Positions 28,073 to 36,052 are shown, numbered from the stretch's first letter. The stretch: 64,000 nt of DNA from Eubacteriales bacterium (GCA_045541395.1 JAZQIZ010000001.1:21233-85232); one strand, 5' to 3'. Program-made: numbers and translations. The notes: generated by a model from the letters alone, not told the origin.

Positions 28073-28236
28073 AAATCCACCCTAACGGGTGGGTGAAATA
28101 TTGCTTCGCAATGTGAAATTCTCGCTTCGCTCGAGTGAAATCGCTGCGGCGGTGGGTGGATTTAATTTCACATTTTGCGAAAGCAAAATATTTCATAATC
28201 CGAAGGATTATTTCATATCGCATAGCGATATTTCAT
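28073..28236. repeat. Divergent array of heptamer boxes (GTGAAAT x3, then ATTTCAY x4) interleaved with mini-hairpins
   Basis: Boxes at 28093, 28113 and 28135 in one orientation, and at 28165, 28190, 28210 and 28230 in the other. Hairpins at 28077-92, 28100-12, 28142-51, 28172-89, 28197-209 and 28217-29. See finding. Confidence 0.8.
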
Positions 28237-28254
28237 TACATACAACGCTCCGCA

Positions 28255-28283
28255 TTGATTTACTGCCTCTTTTATACTATAAT
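28255..28283 (+). promoter_or_regulatory. Probable tspO promoter
   Basis: TTGATT, 17-nt spacer, TATAAT. Confidence 0.55.
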
Positions 28284-28424
28284 ACGTGCAAGGTGGTGAT
28301 GTAATGTCCTTGCAAACTGTAGAAATCAATTCTGTTAAAATAACTTTCAATAACGTTTTTAGGTAGTTATAATTGGAGAATAAAAATTATTTCTTTTCAT
28401 AAACTGTACCGAGAGGTGTTTTTT

Positions 28425-28892
28425 ATGAAAATTCAATGGAAAAAACTAATAATCTGTATTCTGATTCCTTTAGCTGTTGGTGGTCTTTCTGCGTTTATTA
28501 CCAAAGATAATATGAAATTCTTTGATCAAATATCAAAACCGCCCCTAGCACCGCCGGGCTGGTTGTTTCCTGTAGCATGGAGCATTTTGTATATCCTTAT
28601 GGGTATAGCCTCATATATGGTTGTGATTTCAAATAATCCGTACCGTATTCGTACCGCTCTTACGGTTTACGGGCTGCAGCTCTTGTTTAATTTTATCTGG
28701 TCGCCCGTATTTTTTAATGCTAAGCTGTATCTTGGCGCATTCGCTATTCTATTATTGCTGCTTATTCTTATAATTTTTAACACTATACTCTTTTATAGAA
28801 TAAATAAGCTGTCAGGTTACCTCCTCATTCCTTATATTGTGTGGGTTACCTTTGCTGCTTACCTTAACTATGGCATTTATATATTAAATTAA
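28425..28892 (+). CDS. tspO: TspO/MBR family tryptophan-rich sensory protein
   Basis: Five TM segments. PPLAPPGWLFPVAWSILY and WSPVFF, the Trp-rich TspO pattern. The ATG at 28425 lies 8 nt after GAGAGG; the GTG at 28416 overlaps the SD. Confidence 0.8.
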   Translation: MKIQWKKLIICILIPLAVGGLSAFITKDNMKFFDQISKPPLAPPGWLFPVAWSILYILMGIASYMVVISNNPYRIRTALTVYGLQLLFNFIWSPVFFNAKLYLGAFAILLLLLILIIFNTILFYRINKLSGYLLIPYIVWVTFAAYLNYGIYILN

Positions 28893-28894
28893 AA

Positions 28895-28925
28895 TTAACA
28901 ACCGATTATTCGGTTGTTAATTTTG
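28895..28925 (+). terminator. tspO terminator
   Basis: ttaacaaccg pairs with cggttgttaa, followed by tttt. Confidence 0.8.
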
Positions 28926-28936
28926 TAAATAAAAGT

Positions 28937-28965
28937 TTGCAATATTTAAGATTTTATGTTATAAT
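28937..28965 (+). promoter_or_regulatory. Promoter of the HTH-glmM operon
   Basis: TTGCAA, 17-nt spacer, TATAAT. Confidence 0.7.
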
Positions 28966-28998
28966 GCGAATATAAAATTATCAAACTGTTTTCATTGG

Positions 28999-29013
28999 GC
29001 AACTTTAAGTTGC
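28999..29013. promoter_or_regulatory. Perfect 15-bp palindrome in the glmM leader (candidate operator)
   Basis: gcaactt-t-aagttgc. The half-site aagttg recurs at 29030-29035. Confidence 0.4.
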
Positions 29014-29097
29014 ATTAATATTCAATGTAAAGTTGATAGATAATGATTTTTCATTCAGATATAATAATACTATAATTGTTGAATCGGAGGTATTTAT

Positions 29098-30714
29098 ATG
29101 ACTATCGGTGAAAAAATACTTAAACTGCGTACATTAGCTAATATCTCTCAAGAGCAACTGGCGGAAAAAATATCAGTTTCCAGGCAGTCGGTTTCAAAAT
29201 GGGAAATGGATCAGGCTCTTCCTCAGATAGATAAGGTTCTGCTTTTATGTGAGCTTTTTAACCTTACTGCAGATGAACTGCTGCAGGATAAAATACCTCT
29301 TAAATCTGTTACAGAAGGAAGAAAGCCTAATAAGTACTTTGGTACTGACGGTTTTCGTGGTGAAGCCAACGTTAACCTTACCTCCGAACAGGCTTACAGA
29401 ATAGGGCGTTTTTTAGGTTGGTTCTATTCTTCCGAGCTTTCCGGCAGTAAAAAGGCAGGTTATAAGCCCCGCATTGTTGTCGGTAAAGACACAAGACGTT
29501 CCAGCTATAACCTTGAATATTCCATTGTTGCAGGAATAACTGCCTCAGGCGCTGATGCCTATATGCTCCACGTAACAACAACCCCCAGTGTTTCTTACGT
29601 TACAAGGCAGGATGAGTTTGACTGCGGAATTATGATAACCGCATCGCATAATCCTTTTTATGATAACGGTATTAAGGTAATAAACCGTTACGGTGAAAAG
29701 CTTGACGATAATACAACTGCGCTTATTGAGGCTTATATAGATAAAGATTATGCTACGCTTGGATTAAAAGGAGATATTCCTTTGGCAACAGGTGAGCGCA
29801 TTGGTTGTATTGTTGACTATGTTGCCGGCAGAAACCGCTACGTTGCATATTTGATCTCCCTTGCTTCTCATTCATATAAAAAGCTCCGTATTGGCCTCGA
29901 CTGTGCAAACGGTGCTTCCTGGACTATCGCCGGTGCAGTATTTGGCGCTTTAGGTGCCCAAACAGTTATTTTAGGTGCCGCCCCTGATGGTATTAATATT
30001 AATAACGGTTGTGGCTCTACCCATATGGAAAACCTTTGCCGCGCAGTTAAAGAACAGCATCTTGATATAGGTTTTGCCTTTGACGGGGATGCCGACCGTT
30101 GCATTGCTGTTGACGAAAACGGCAATGTGGTTGATGGAGATGCGATTCTTTATATTTTAGGCAAACGCCTGAAGGATAGGGGAATGCTTAACGGCAATAC
30201 TGTTGTTGCTACCGTAATGTCCAACAGTGGCCTTATTGCAAGCCTTGAAAAAATAGGCGTAAAATGTGAACAGACTACGGTCGGTGACCGTTTTGTATAT
30301 GAATGTATGCAGCAAAACGATTACTCCTTAGGCGGCGAACAGTCCGGCCATATTATCCTCAAAAAGTACGCTACAACAGGCGACGGCATATTAACAGCTA
30401 TTATGCTTGCGGAAGAACTGTGTGCTTCCAAACAGTCACTTTCAAAGCTTTGTGAACCTATTACGTTTTATCCTCAGCTTATGCTGAACGTAAGAGTAAA
30501 GGATAAGGCCGCGGTACTTAATGACAGTGAAGTAAAAAAGGCCTGCAATGAAGCAGAAAAGCTTATTAACGGTAAGGGCCGTGTTCTTTTGAGAAAAAGC
30601 GGTACCGAGCCTGTTATAAGGGTAATGGTTGAAAGCGAAACCGAAGAAAAATGCAAAGAGTATGCTCAGAGTATAGTAAATACAATTGTAGAAAGAGGGT
30701 ATGGCGTTGACTAA
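29098..30714 (+). CDS. glmM: Phosphoglucosamine mutase with N-terminal XRE-type helix-turn-helix domain (fusion protein)
   Basis: aa 1-63: IGEKILKLRTLANISQEQLAEKISVSRQSVSKWEMDQALPQIDKVLLLCELFNLTADELL (HTH_3-like). From aa ~79: KYFGTDGFRGEAN, active-site TASHNP, FDGDADR, GEQSGH. No internal start or stop between the domains. Confidence 0.9.
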   Translation: MTIGEKILKLRTLANISQEQLAEKISVSRQSVSKWEMDQALPQIDKVLLLCELFNLTADELLQDKIPLKSVTEGRKPNKYFGTDGFRGEANVNLTSEQAYRIGRFLGWFYSSELSGSKKAGYKPRIVVGKDTRRSSYNLEYSIVAGITASGADAYMLHVTTTPSVSYVTRQDEFDCGIMITASHNPFYDNGIKVINRYGEKLDDNTTALIEAYIDKDYATLGLKGDIPLATGERIGCIVDYVAGRNRYVAYLISLASHSYKKLRIGLDCANGASWTIAGAVFGALGAQTVILGAAPDGININNGCGSTHMENLCRAVKEQHLDIGFAFDGDADRCIAVDENGNVVDGDAILYILGKRLKDRGMLNGNTVVATVMSNSGLIASLEKIGVKCEQTTVGDRFVYECMQQNDYSLGGEQSGHIILKKYATTGDGILTAIMLAEELCASKQSLSKLCEPITFYPQLMLNVRVKDKAAVLNDSEVKKACNEAEKLINGKGRVLLRKSGTEPVIRVMVESETEEKCKEYAQSIVNTIVERGYGVD

Positions 30715-31369
30715 ACTAGTTAAGGTAAAAGATCTGTTTTGCTGTAATACACCTTGTCTGGAGCCCCTTTTTAATTCTTGTGAATATCCGTGGGAAATGC
30801 TCCCCAAAATAAAAGAATATATTAAAGAGCTGATTGCGAACGGACTTGAGGGATTTAAAGAAATCTCGGAAGGAGTATGGGTGGGGGAAAATGTTAAAAT
30901 TTATCCTACTGCAGTTATAGAAGCTCCCGCTATTATTGGCGCAGGTACGGAAATACGCCCCGGCGCTTTTATAAGAGGTAACGTTATTACCGGTGAAAAC
31001 TGTGTTTTAGGTAATTCCTCTGAATTTAAAAACTGTGTACTTTTAAACAAGGTTCAGGTGCCCCATTATAATTACGTAGGCGATTCCATACTGGGCAATC
31101 ATACTCATCTTGGCGCCGCGTCTGTTTGCTCAAACTTAAAAACCGACGGAAAGCCTGTTGTTATTCACGGTCAAACCGATTATCATACAGGACTCAGAAA
31201 GGTCGGCGCTATTCTGGGAGACGGTGCGGATGTGGGCTGTGCCTGTGTCTTAAATCCCGGAACTGTACTTGGAAAAAACACTTCCGTTTATCCCAATAAT
31301 GCTCTTCGCGGTGTTTTCGGAAGCGATTGTATTGTGAAATCACAGACCAATATTGTTAAAAGAATATAA
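30701..31369 (+). CDS. Left-handed beta-helix (hexapeptide-repeat) protein resembling the GlmU acetyltransferase domain only
   Basis: Hexapeptide repeats (IGAGTEIRPGAFIRGNVITGENCVLGNSSEFKNCVL...). No nucleotidyltransferase domain. The start is ATG 30701 or TTG 30707, overlapping the glmM stop. Confidence 0.65.
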   Translation: MALTKLVKVKDLFCCNTPCLEPLFNSCEYPWEMLPKIKEYIKELIANGLEGFKEISEGVWVGENVKIYPTAVIEAPAIIGAGTEIRPGAFIRGNVITGENCVLGNSSEFKNCVLLNKVQVPHYNYVGDSILGNHTHLGAASVCSNLKTDGKPVVIHGQTDYHTGLRKVGAILGDGADVGCACVLNPGTVLGKNTSVYPNNALRGVFGSDCIVKSQTNIVKRI

Positions 31370-31380
31370 GGAGGCTTAAT

Positions 31381-32091
31381 ATGAGATTTATAACCGTTAA
31401 AACCTATGAAGAATTAAGTGAAAAAACTGCAAATCTTATTGCCGAACAGGTAGTTTCCAAGCCGGATTCTGTGCTTGGACTTGCAACCGGCTCTTCTCCC
31501 ATAGGCGCTTATGATTATCTTGGGGTGCTTTGCTCTAAAGGTGACGTTGATTTTTCCGAAGTCACTACCGTTAATCTGGATGAATACGTTGGCCTTGACG
31601 GTAATAATGATCAAAGCTACCGTTATTTTATGAATACTAATCTATTTTCCAGGATCAATATAGATATAAATAAAACAAACGTACCTAACGGCTGCGCTGA
31701 GGATCTTGAAAAAGAAGGTAAGCGTTACGATGAGCTTATTGAATCCTTGGGCGGTATTGATATGCAGCTTCTCGGTATAGGTCTTGATGGTCATATTGGT
31801 TTTAACGAGCCCGATGAGTTTTTTACAAAGGAAACACATCCCGTTGAGCTGGACCCTTCAACAATAGAAGCCAACGCCCGTTTCTTTGAAAGGGAAGAGG
31901 ACGTGCCCCGCAAGGCAATAACAATGGGCATGGGTGCAATTATGAGTGCAAAAAAGGTGGTTCTTATAGCAAACGGTCCTAAAAAGAAGGATATTCTTAA
32001 TAAAGCTTTTTACGGCCCTATAACCCCTAAAATACCCGCCTCCATACTTCAGCTACATCCTGATGTAACTGTGATCTACAGCGAAAACTAA
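31381..32091 (+). CDS. nagB: Glucosamine-6-phosphate deaminase
   Basis: LGLATGSSP, LGIGLDGHIGFNEP, SILQLHPD. SD AAGGAGG. Confidence 0.9.
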   Translation: MRFITVKTYEELSEKTANLIAEQVVSKPDSVLGLATGSSPIGAYDYLGVLCSKGDVDFSEVTTVNLDEYVGLDGNNDQSYRYFMNTNLFSRINIDINKTNVPNGCAEDLEKEGKRYDELIESLGGIDMQLLGIGLDGHIGFNEPDEFFTKETHPVELDPSTIEANARFFEREEDVPRKAITMGMGAIMSAKKVVLIANGPKKKDILNKAFYGPITPKIPASILQLHPDVTVIYSEN

Positions 32092-32123
32092 AAAAAAGCC
32101 CCGAATATTCGGGGCTTATATTT

Positions 32124-33410
32124 TTATCTAACGGGAACAAGCTTTTCCTTGCCGCCCATATAGGGGCGAAGAGCAACAGGAATATTAACAGAGCCGTCAT
32201 CATTAAGGTTGTTTTCCAAAAATGCAATAAGCATTCTGGGAGGAGCAACAACGGTGTTGTTAAGAGTGTGAGCAAGATACTTGCCGTCCTTACCGTTAAC
32301 TCTTATTTTAAGTCTTCTTGCCTGTGCATCACCAAGGTTGGAGCAGCTGCCTATCTCAAAATATTTCTGCTGTCTGGGAGACCAAGCCTCAACGTCAACC
32401 GATTTAACCTTAAGGTCGGCCAGGTCACCGGAGCAGCATTCTAATGTTCTTACGGGAATATCCATAGAACGGAACAGATCAACAGTGTTCTGCCAAAGCT
32501 TATCATACCACATCATGCTGTCTTCAGGCTTGCATACAACTATCATTTCCTGCTTTTCAAACTGATGTATCCTGTATACGCCGCGTTCTTCAATACCGTG
32601 AGCACCTTTTTCCTTTCTGAAGCAGGGAGAATAGCTGGTAAGAGTGTGGGGAAGCTGTTCTTCAGGAATAATAGTATCTATAAATTTGCCGATCATAGAA
32701 TGTTCGCTGGTGCCTATAAGATAAAGGTCTTCTCCCTCTATTTTATACATCATAGCTTCCATTTCTGCAAAGCTCATAACACCGGTAACAACCTCGCTTC
32801 TGATCATAAAGGGAGGAATGCAGTAGGTAAAACCTCTATCGATCATAAAGTCACGGGCATAGGAAATAACTGCAGAATGAAGTCTTGCAATATCACCCAT
32901 AAGGTAGTAGAAGCCGTTGCCTGCAACCTTTCTTGCACTGTCAAGGTCAATGCCGTTAAAGCGCTCCATGATTTCGGTATGATATGGAATTTCAAATTCG
33001 GGGATAACAGGTTCGCCGTAACGCTGAACTTCAACGTTTTCGCTGTCATCTTTACCGATAGGTACGCTGGGATCGATTATCTGAGGAATAATAAGCATTA
33101 TTCTTTTAATTTTTTCTTCCAACTCAGCTTCCAGTACTTCAGCTTCCGCCAGCTCTTGGGATTGAGCAGTAACCTGCGCCTTAACAGCCTCAGCTTCTTC
33201 TTTTTGGCCCTTAGCCATCAGGCCGCCTATCTGCTTGGAAAGCTTATTGCGGGATGCGCGCAGTCCGTCTGCCTTCTGCTGAATTTCTCTGCGCTGTTTA
33301 TCAAGCTCAATTACTTCATCTACAAGAGGAAGCTTCTGATCCTGAAATTTGTTTTTAATGTTCTGTTTTACAATGTCGGGATTTTCTCTTAAAAATCTTA
33401 TGTCTAACAT
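32124..33410 (-). CDS. serS: Serine--tRNA ligase
   Basis: 428 aa. N-terminal coiled-coil tRNA-binding arm and class II motifs (FRKE..G, GTSE, RVHQF-like YRIHQFEKQE). Confidence 0.95.
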   Translation of the reverse strand: MLDIRFLRENPDIVKQNIKNKFQDQKLPLVDEVIELDKQRREIQQKADGLRASRNKLSKQIGGLMAKGQKEEAEAVKAQVTAQSQELAEAEVLEAELEEKIKRIMLIIPQIIDPSVPIGKDDSENVEVQRYGEPVIPEFEIPYHTEIMERFNGIDLDSARKVAGNGFYYLMGDIARLHSAVISYARDFMIDRGFTYCIPPFMIRSEVVTGVMSFAEMEAMMYKIEGEDLYLIGTSEHSMIGKFIDTIIPEEQLPHTLTSYSPCFRKEKGAHGIEERGVYRIHQFEKQEMIVVCKPEDSMMWYDKLWQNTVDLFRSMDIPVRTLECCSGDLADLKVKSVDVEAWSPRQQKYFEIGSCSNLGDAQARRLKIRVNGKDGKYLAHTLNNTVVAPPRMLIAFLENNLNDDGSVNIPVALRPYMGGKEKLVPVR

Positions 33411-33660
33411 TGCCCTTCTCCTTTATGTGTTTAATAATATTTAAATAAAAAAGGACCATTTCACCCCTGTGTTTGGGACGAAATGCTCCGCGTTGCCACC
33501 CAATTTGACAGTAAAACTGCCCGCTCTTAGTAATTTCAGGCTTACAAAACCTACGGCTCCGAAAGCGGAACGCCTGTTCTTTGTTATCGGCTTTCACCAA
33601 CCGCCGACTCTCTGCAAACTTAAAACAAACTTATTTTTCTTCAACGCCGTATTATATTGT
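33411..33660 (-). promoter_or_regulatory. T-box leader (tRNA-sensing riboswitch) of serS
   Basis: The minus strand shows AGAGAG and GGTGAAAG stem-I elements. The T-box sequence AATTGGGTGGCAACGCGG is the complement of 33486-33503. The terminator is GGAGCATTTCGTCCC/GGGGTGAAATGGTCC followed by T6 (33447-33489). Confidence 0.85.
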
Positions 33661-33664
33661 TAAT

Positions 33665-33693
33665 ATTATACCCTTAAATCTTATTTATTGCAA
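33665..33693 (-). promoter_or_regulatory. serS promoter
   Basis: Minus strand: TTGCAA (33688-33693), 17-nt spacer, TATAAT (33665-33670). Confidence 0.7.
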
Positions 33694-33709
33694 CAATTTT
33701 TTTAAAATT

Positions 33710-33735
33710 AATGCTCCCTATTATTAGGGAGCATT
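33710..33735 (-). terminator. serA terminator hairpin
   Basis: aatgctcccta pairs with tagggagcatt. The downstream T tract is only moderate. Confidence 0.6.
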
Positions 33736-33739
33736 ATAA

Positions 33740-34903
33740 TTAACCATTTACAACTCTTACTTTAATTACGCCGTCAATGGCATTAATATCGTCAACAACC
33801 TTTTCAGTAACAGAAGTAAGGGTATCTATCATAGTATACGCGTAAGCACCCTTGCTTTTATTAATAAGGTTTTCAATGTTAACGTTATCCTTACCCATAA
33901 GAGATGAGAACTGACCTAACATATTGGGTATGTTCTTGTGAATAATGCAGATTCTGTTGCCGCCGTTAAAGGGCATTTCAACGTTAGGTAGGTTCACTGA
34001 ATTAAGAATGTTACCGGTTCTTATGTAATTGGTAAGCTCGTGTACAGCCATAACAGCGCAGTTGTCTTCGCTTTCGGGGGTAGATGCACCAAGATGTGGA
34101 ATTGCAATGCAGTTTTCCATATCAATAGTGTCATCATCAGGGAAGTCTACAACATACTTTGCTACAGTGCCGTTGGCAATAGCATCTTTTAATGCGGCTG
34201 TATCTACAAGTCCGCCTCTTGCAAAGTTAAGAATACGAACGCCCTTCTTCATAGCCTCAAATGCTTCTGCATTCAAAAGTCCCTTTGTTGCGTCCATAAG
34301 GGGCAGGTGAAGGGTAATATAGTCGCAGTTAGCGTAAATATCACTTAATGACGTAGCCTTTTTTATGTGGCGGGAAAGTCTCCACGCTGCATCAACGGAA
34401 ATATAAGGGTCATAACCGTATACTTCCATACCTAAATGTCTTGCAGCGTCAGCTACCATTGCGCCAATAGCACCAAGACCTATAATACCAATAGACTTAC
34501 CGGAAATTTCAGGGCCAACAAATGAGCTCTTACCTTTTTCAACAGCTTTTGCAACGCCTTCTGTACCCTTAAGGCTCTTTGCCCATTCAATACCGCCAAT
34601 AACGTCTCTGGAGGAAAGCAGAAGGCCAAGCACAACAAGCTCCTTAACAGCGTTTGCGTTGGCGCCGGGAGTATTAAATACAACAATGCCTTCTTCAGAG
34701 CATCTGTCAACAGGGATATTATTAACACCGGCCCCTGCTCTTGCTATAGCTAAAAGGGAAGAGGGAAACTGTTCTTCGTGTAATGCTGCGCTACGAACCA
34801 AAACGCCATCATAATTTGTGGCAGTGTCGGAATAAGCAACGCCCTGTTTGTTCAGTTCGTCAAGACCTATTTTGGAGATCTTATTAAAAAGTTTAATATT
34901 CAT
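33740..34903 (-). CDS. serA: D-3-phosphoglycerate dehydrogenase (with C-terminal ACT domain)
   Basis: GIIGLGAIG NAD motif, the 2-hydroxyacid dehydrogenase pattern (ARGGLVD, HLGAST), and an ACT-like tail. Confidence 0.9.
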   Translation of the reverse strand: MNIKLFNKISKIGLDELNKQGVAYSDTATNYDGVLVRSAALHEEQFPSSLLAIARAGAGVNNIPVDRCSEEGIVVFNTPGANANAVKELVVLGLLLSSRDVIGGIEWAKSLKGTEGVAKAVEKGKSSFVGPEISGKSIGIIGLGAIGAMVADAARHLGMEVYGYDPYISVDAAWRLSRHIKKATSLSDIYANCDYITLHLPLMDATKGLLNAEAFEAMKKGVRILNFARGGLVDTAALKDAIANGTVAKYVVDFPDDDTIDMENCIAIPHLGASTPESEDNCAVMAVHELTNYIRTGNILNSVNLPNVEMPFNGGNRICIIHKNIPNMLGQFSSLMGKDNVNIENLINKSKGAYAYTMIDTLTSVTEKVVDDINAIDGVIKVRVVNG

Positions 34904-34909
34904 TGTTAT

Positions 34910-35992
34910 TTACCTGTTTTCTTTTTCAAATTTAGCCATAAAGTCAATAAGAGTATTAACACCCTTAAGATCCATAGCATTGTAAATGCTTGCTCTCATA
35001 CCGCCAACGCTTCTGTGGCCCTTAAGGTTAACAAGTCCTGCGTCAGTTGCCTGCTTAACAAAAGCAGCGTCAAGGTCAGCATTTCCTGTAATAAAGGGAA
35101 CGTTCATTATAGAACGGTCCTCTCCCTGTACGGTGGGTTTGAAGAGCTTGGAATTGTCAAGGTAGCCGTAAAGAGCATCTGCCTTTTCGTAATTGCGCTT
35201 AGCCATAGCCTCTAAGCCACCCATTCTTTCTACCCACTCAAGCATAAGCTTGCAAACGTAAATTGCAAAAGTGGGCGGAGTATTGTACATAGAGCCGTTT
35301 TCGGCGTGAATGTCATATTTGAACATAGTGGGAGTAAAGTCCATATTGTAACCTAAAAGATCTTCTCTAATAATTACAACAGTAAGACCTGCAGGTCCCA
35401 TATTTTTCTGAGCACCGGCAAAAATAAGGCCGTACTTGGAAACGTCAACGGGTTCGGAAAGGATGCAGGAAGAAAGATCTGCAACCAAAGGCACATTGCC
35501 TGTTTCGGGCAATGTTGCAAAGCGTGTGCCGTAAATAGTGTTGTTCTGGCAAATATAGAAATAGTCAGCATCCTTTGTAAAAGTTGCACTGTCAAGCTTG
35601 GGTATGTAGGAATAGGTTTTGTCTTCACTGGAGCCTACTACATTAACAGAACCGTATTTCTTAGCTTCAGCAATAGCCTTCTTGGCCCATGCGCCGGTCT
35701 GTACTGCGTCTATCTTTTTGCTGTTTCTCATAAGGTTGAGGGGAATCATAGCAAACTGAGAGGAGGCTCCGCCCTGCAAAAATAATACTTTATAATTTTC
35801 GGGAATCTGCATAAGCTTTCTGAGCAGATTTTCAGCATCAGCAATAATTTCGCCGTAAGCTTTAGATCGATGGCTCATCTCCATAACTGACATGCCTGAT
35901 GTGCCGTGGCAAAGCATTTCATCTGCACAGCGCTGAAGAACTTCTTCGGGCATAGCTGAGGGACCTGCACTAAAATTGTAAACTCTGTTCAT
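34910..35992 (-). CDS. serC: Phosphoserine aminotransferase
   Basis: YNFSAGPS, GGASSQF, and AGAQKNMGPAGLTVVI carrying the PLP lysine. Confidence 0.95.
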   Translation of the reverse strand: MNRVYNFSAGPSAMPEEVLQRCADEMLCHGTSGMSVMEMSHRSKAYGEIIADAENLLRKLMQIPENYKVLFLQGGASSQFAMIPLNLMRNSKKIDAVQTGAWAKKAIAEAKKYGSVNVVGSSEDKTYSYIPKLDSATFTKDADYFYICQNNTIYGTRFATLPETGNVPLVADLSSCILSEPVDVSKYGLIFAGAQKNMGPAGLTVVIIREDLLGYNMDFTPTMFKYDIHAENGSMYNTPPTFAIYVCKLMLEWVERMGGLEAMAKRNYEKADALYGYLDNSKLFKPTVQGEDRSIMNVPFITGNADLDAAFVKQATDAGLVNLKGHRSVGGMRASIYNAMDLKGVNTLIDFMAKFEKENR

Positions 35993-36052
35993 CGTGTTAC
36001 CTCCTGTAAATTTAAAAAAATATAGATTAAAAATAATTATATGATTTTTTTA

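Noticed and set aside
28089-28304. 71-aa ORF (MGEILLRNVKFSLRSSEIAAAVGG...) in the tRNA-tspO intergenic region
   Set aside because: It is composed entirely of the heptamer/mini-hairpin repeat read in one frame. It has no SD and a GTG-type start inside a hairpin. I treat it as a non-coding repeat element.
28930-29097. Possible glmS-ribozyme-like element upstream of glmM
   Set aside because: The leader is AT-rich with only the 15-bp palindrome. None of the conserved ribozyme core features are evident, and the downstream gene is glmM rather than glmS.
32565-33392. 275-aa ORF antisense to serS
   Set aside because: It overlaps the well-supported serS CDS entirely. Its composition is low-complexity and Phe/Asn-rich, typical of the antisense of an AT-rich gene, and it has no SD.
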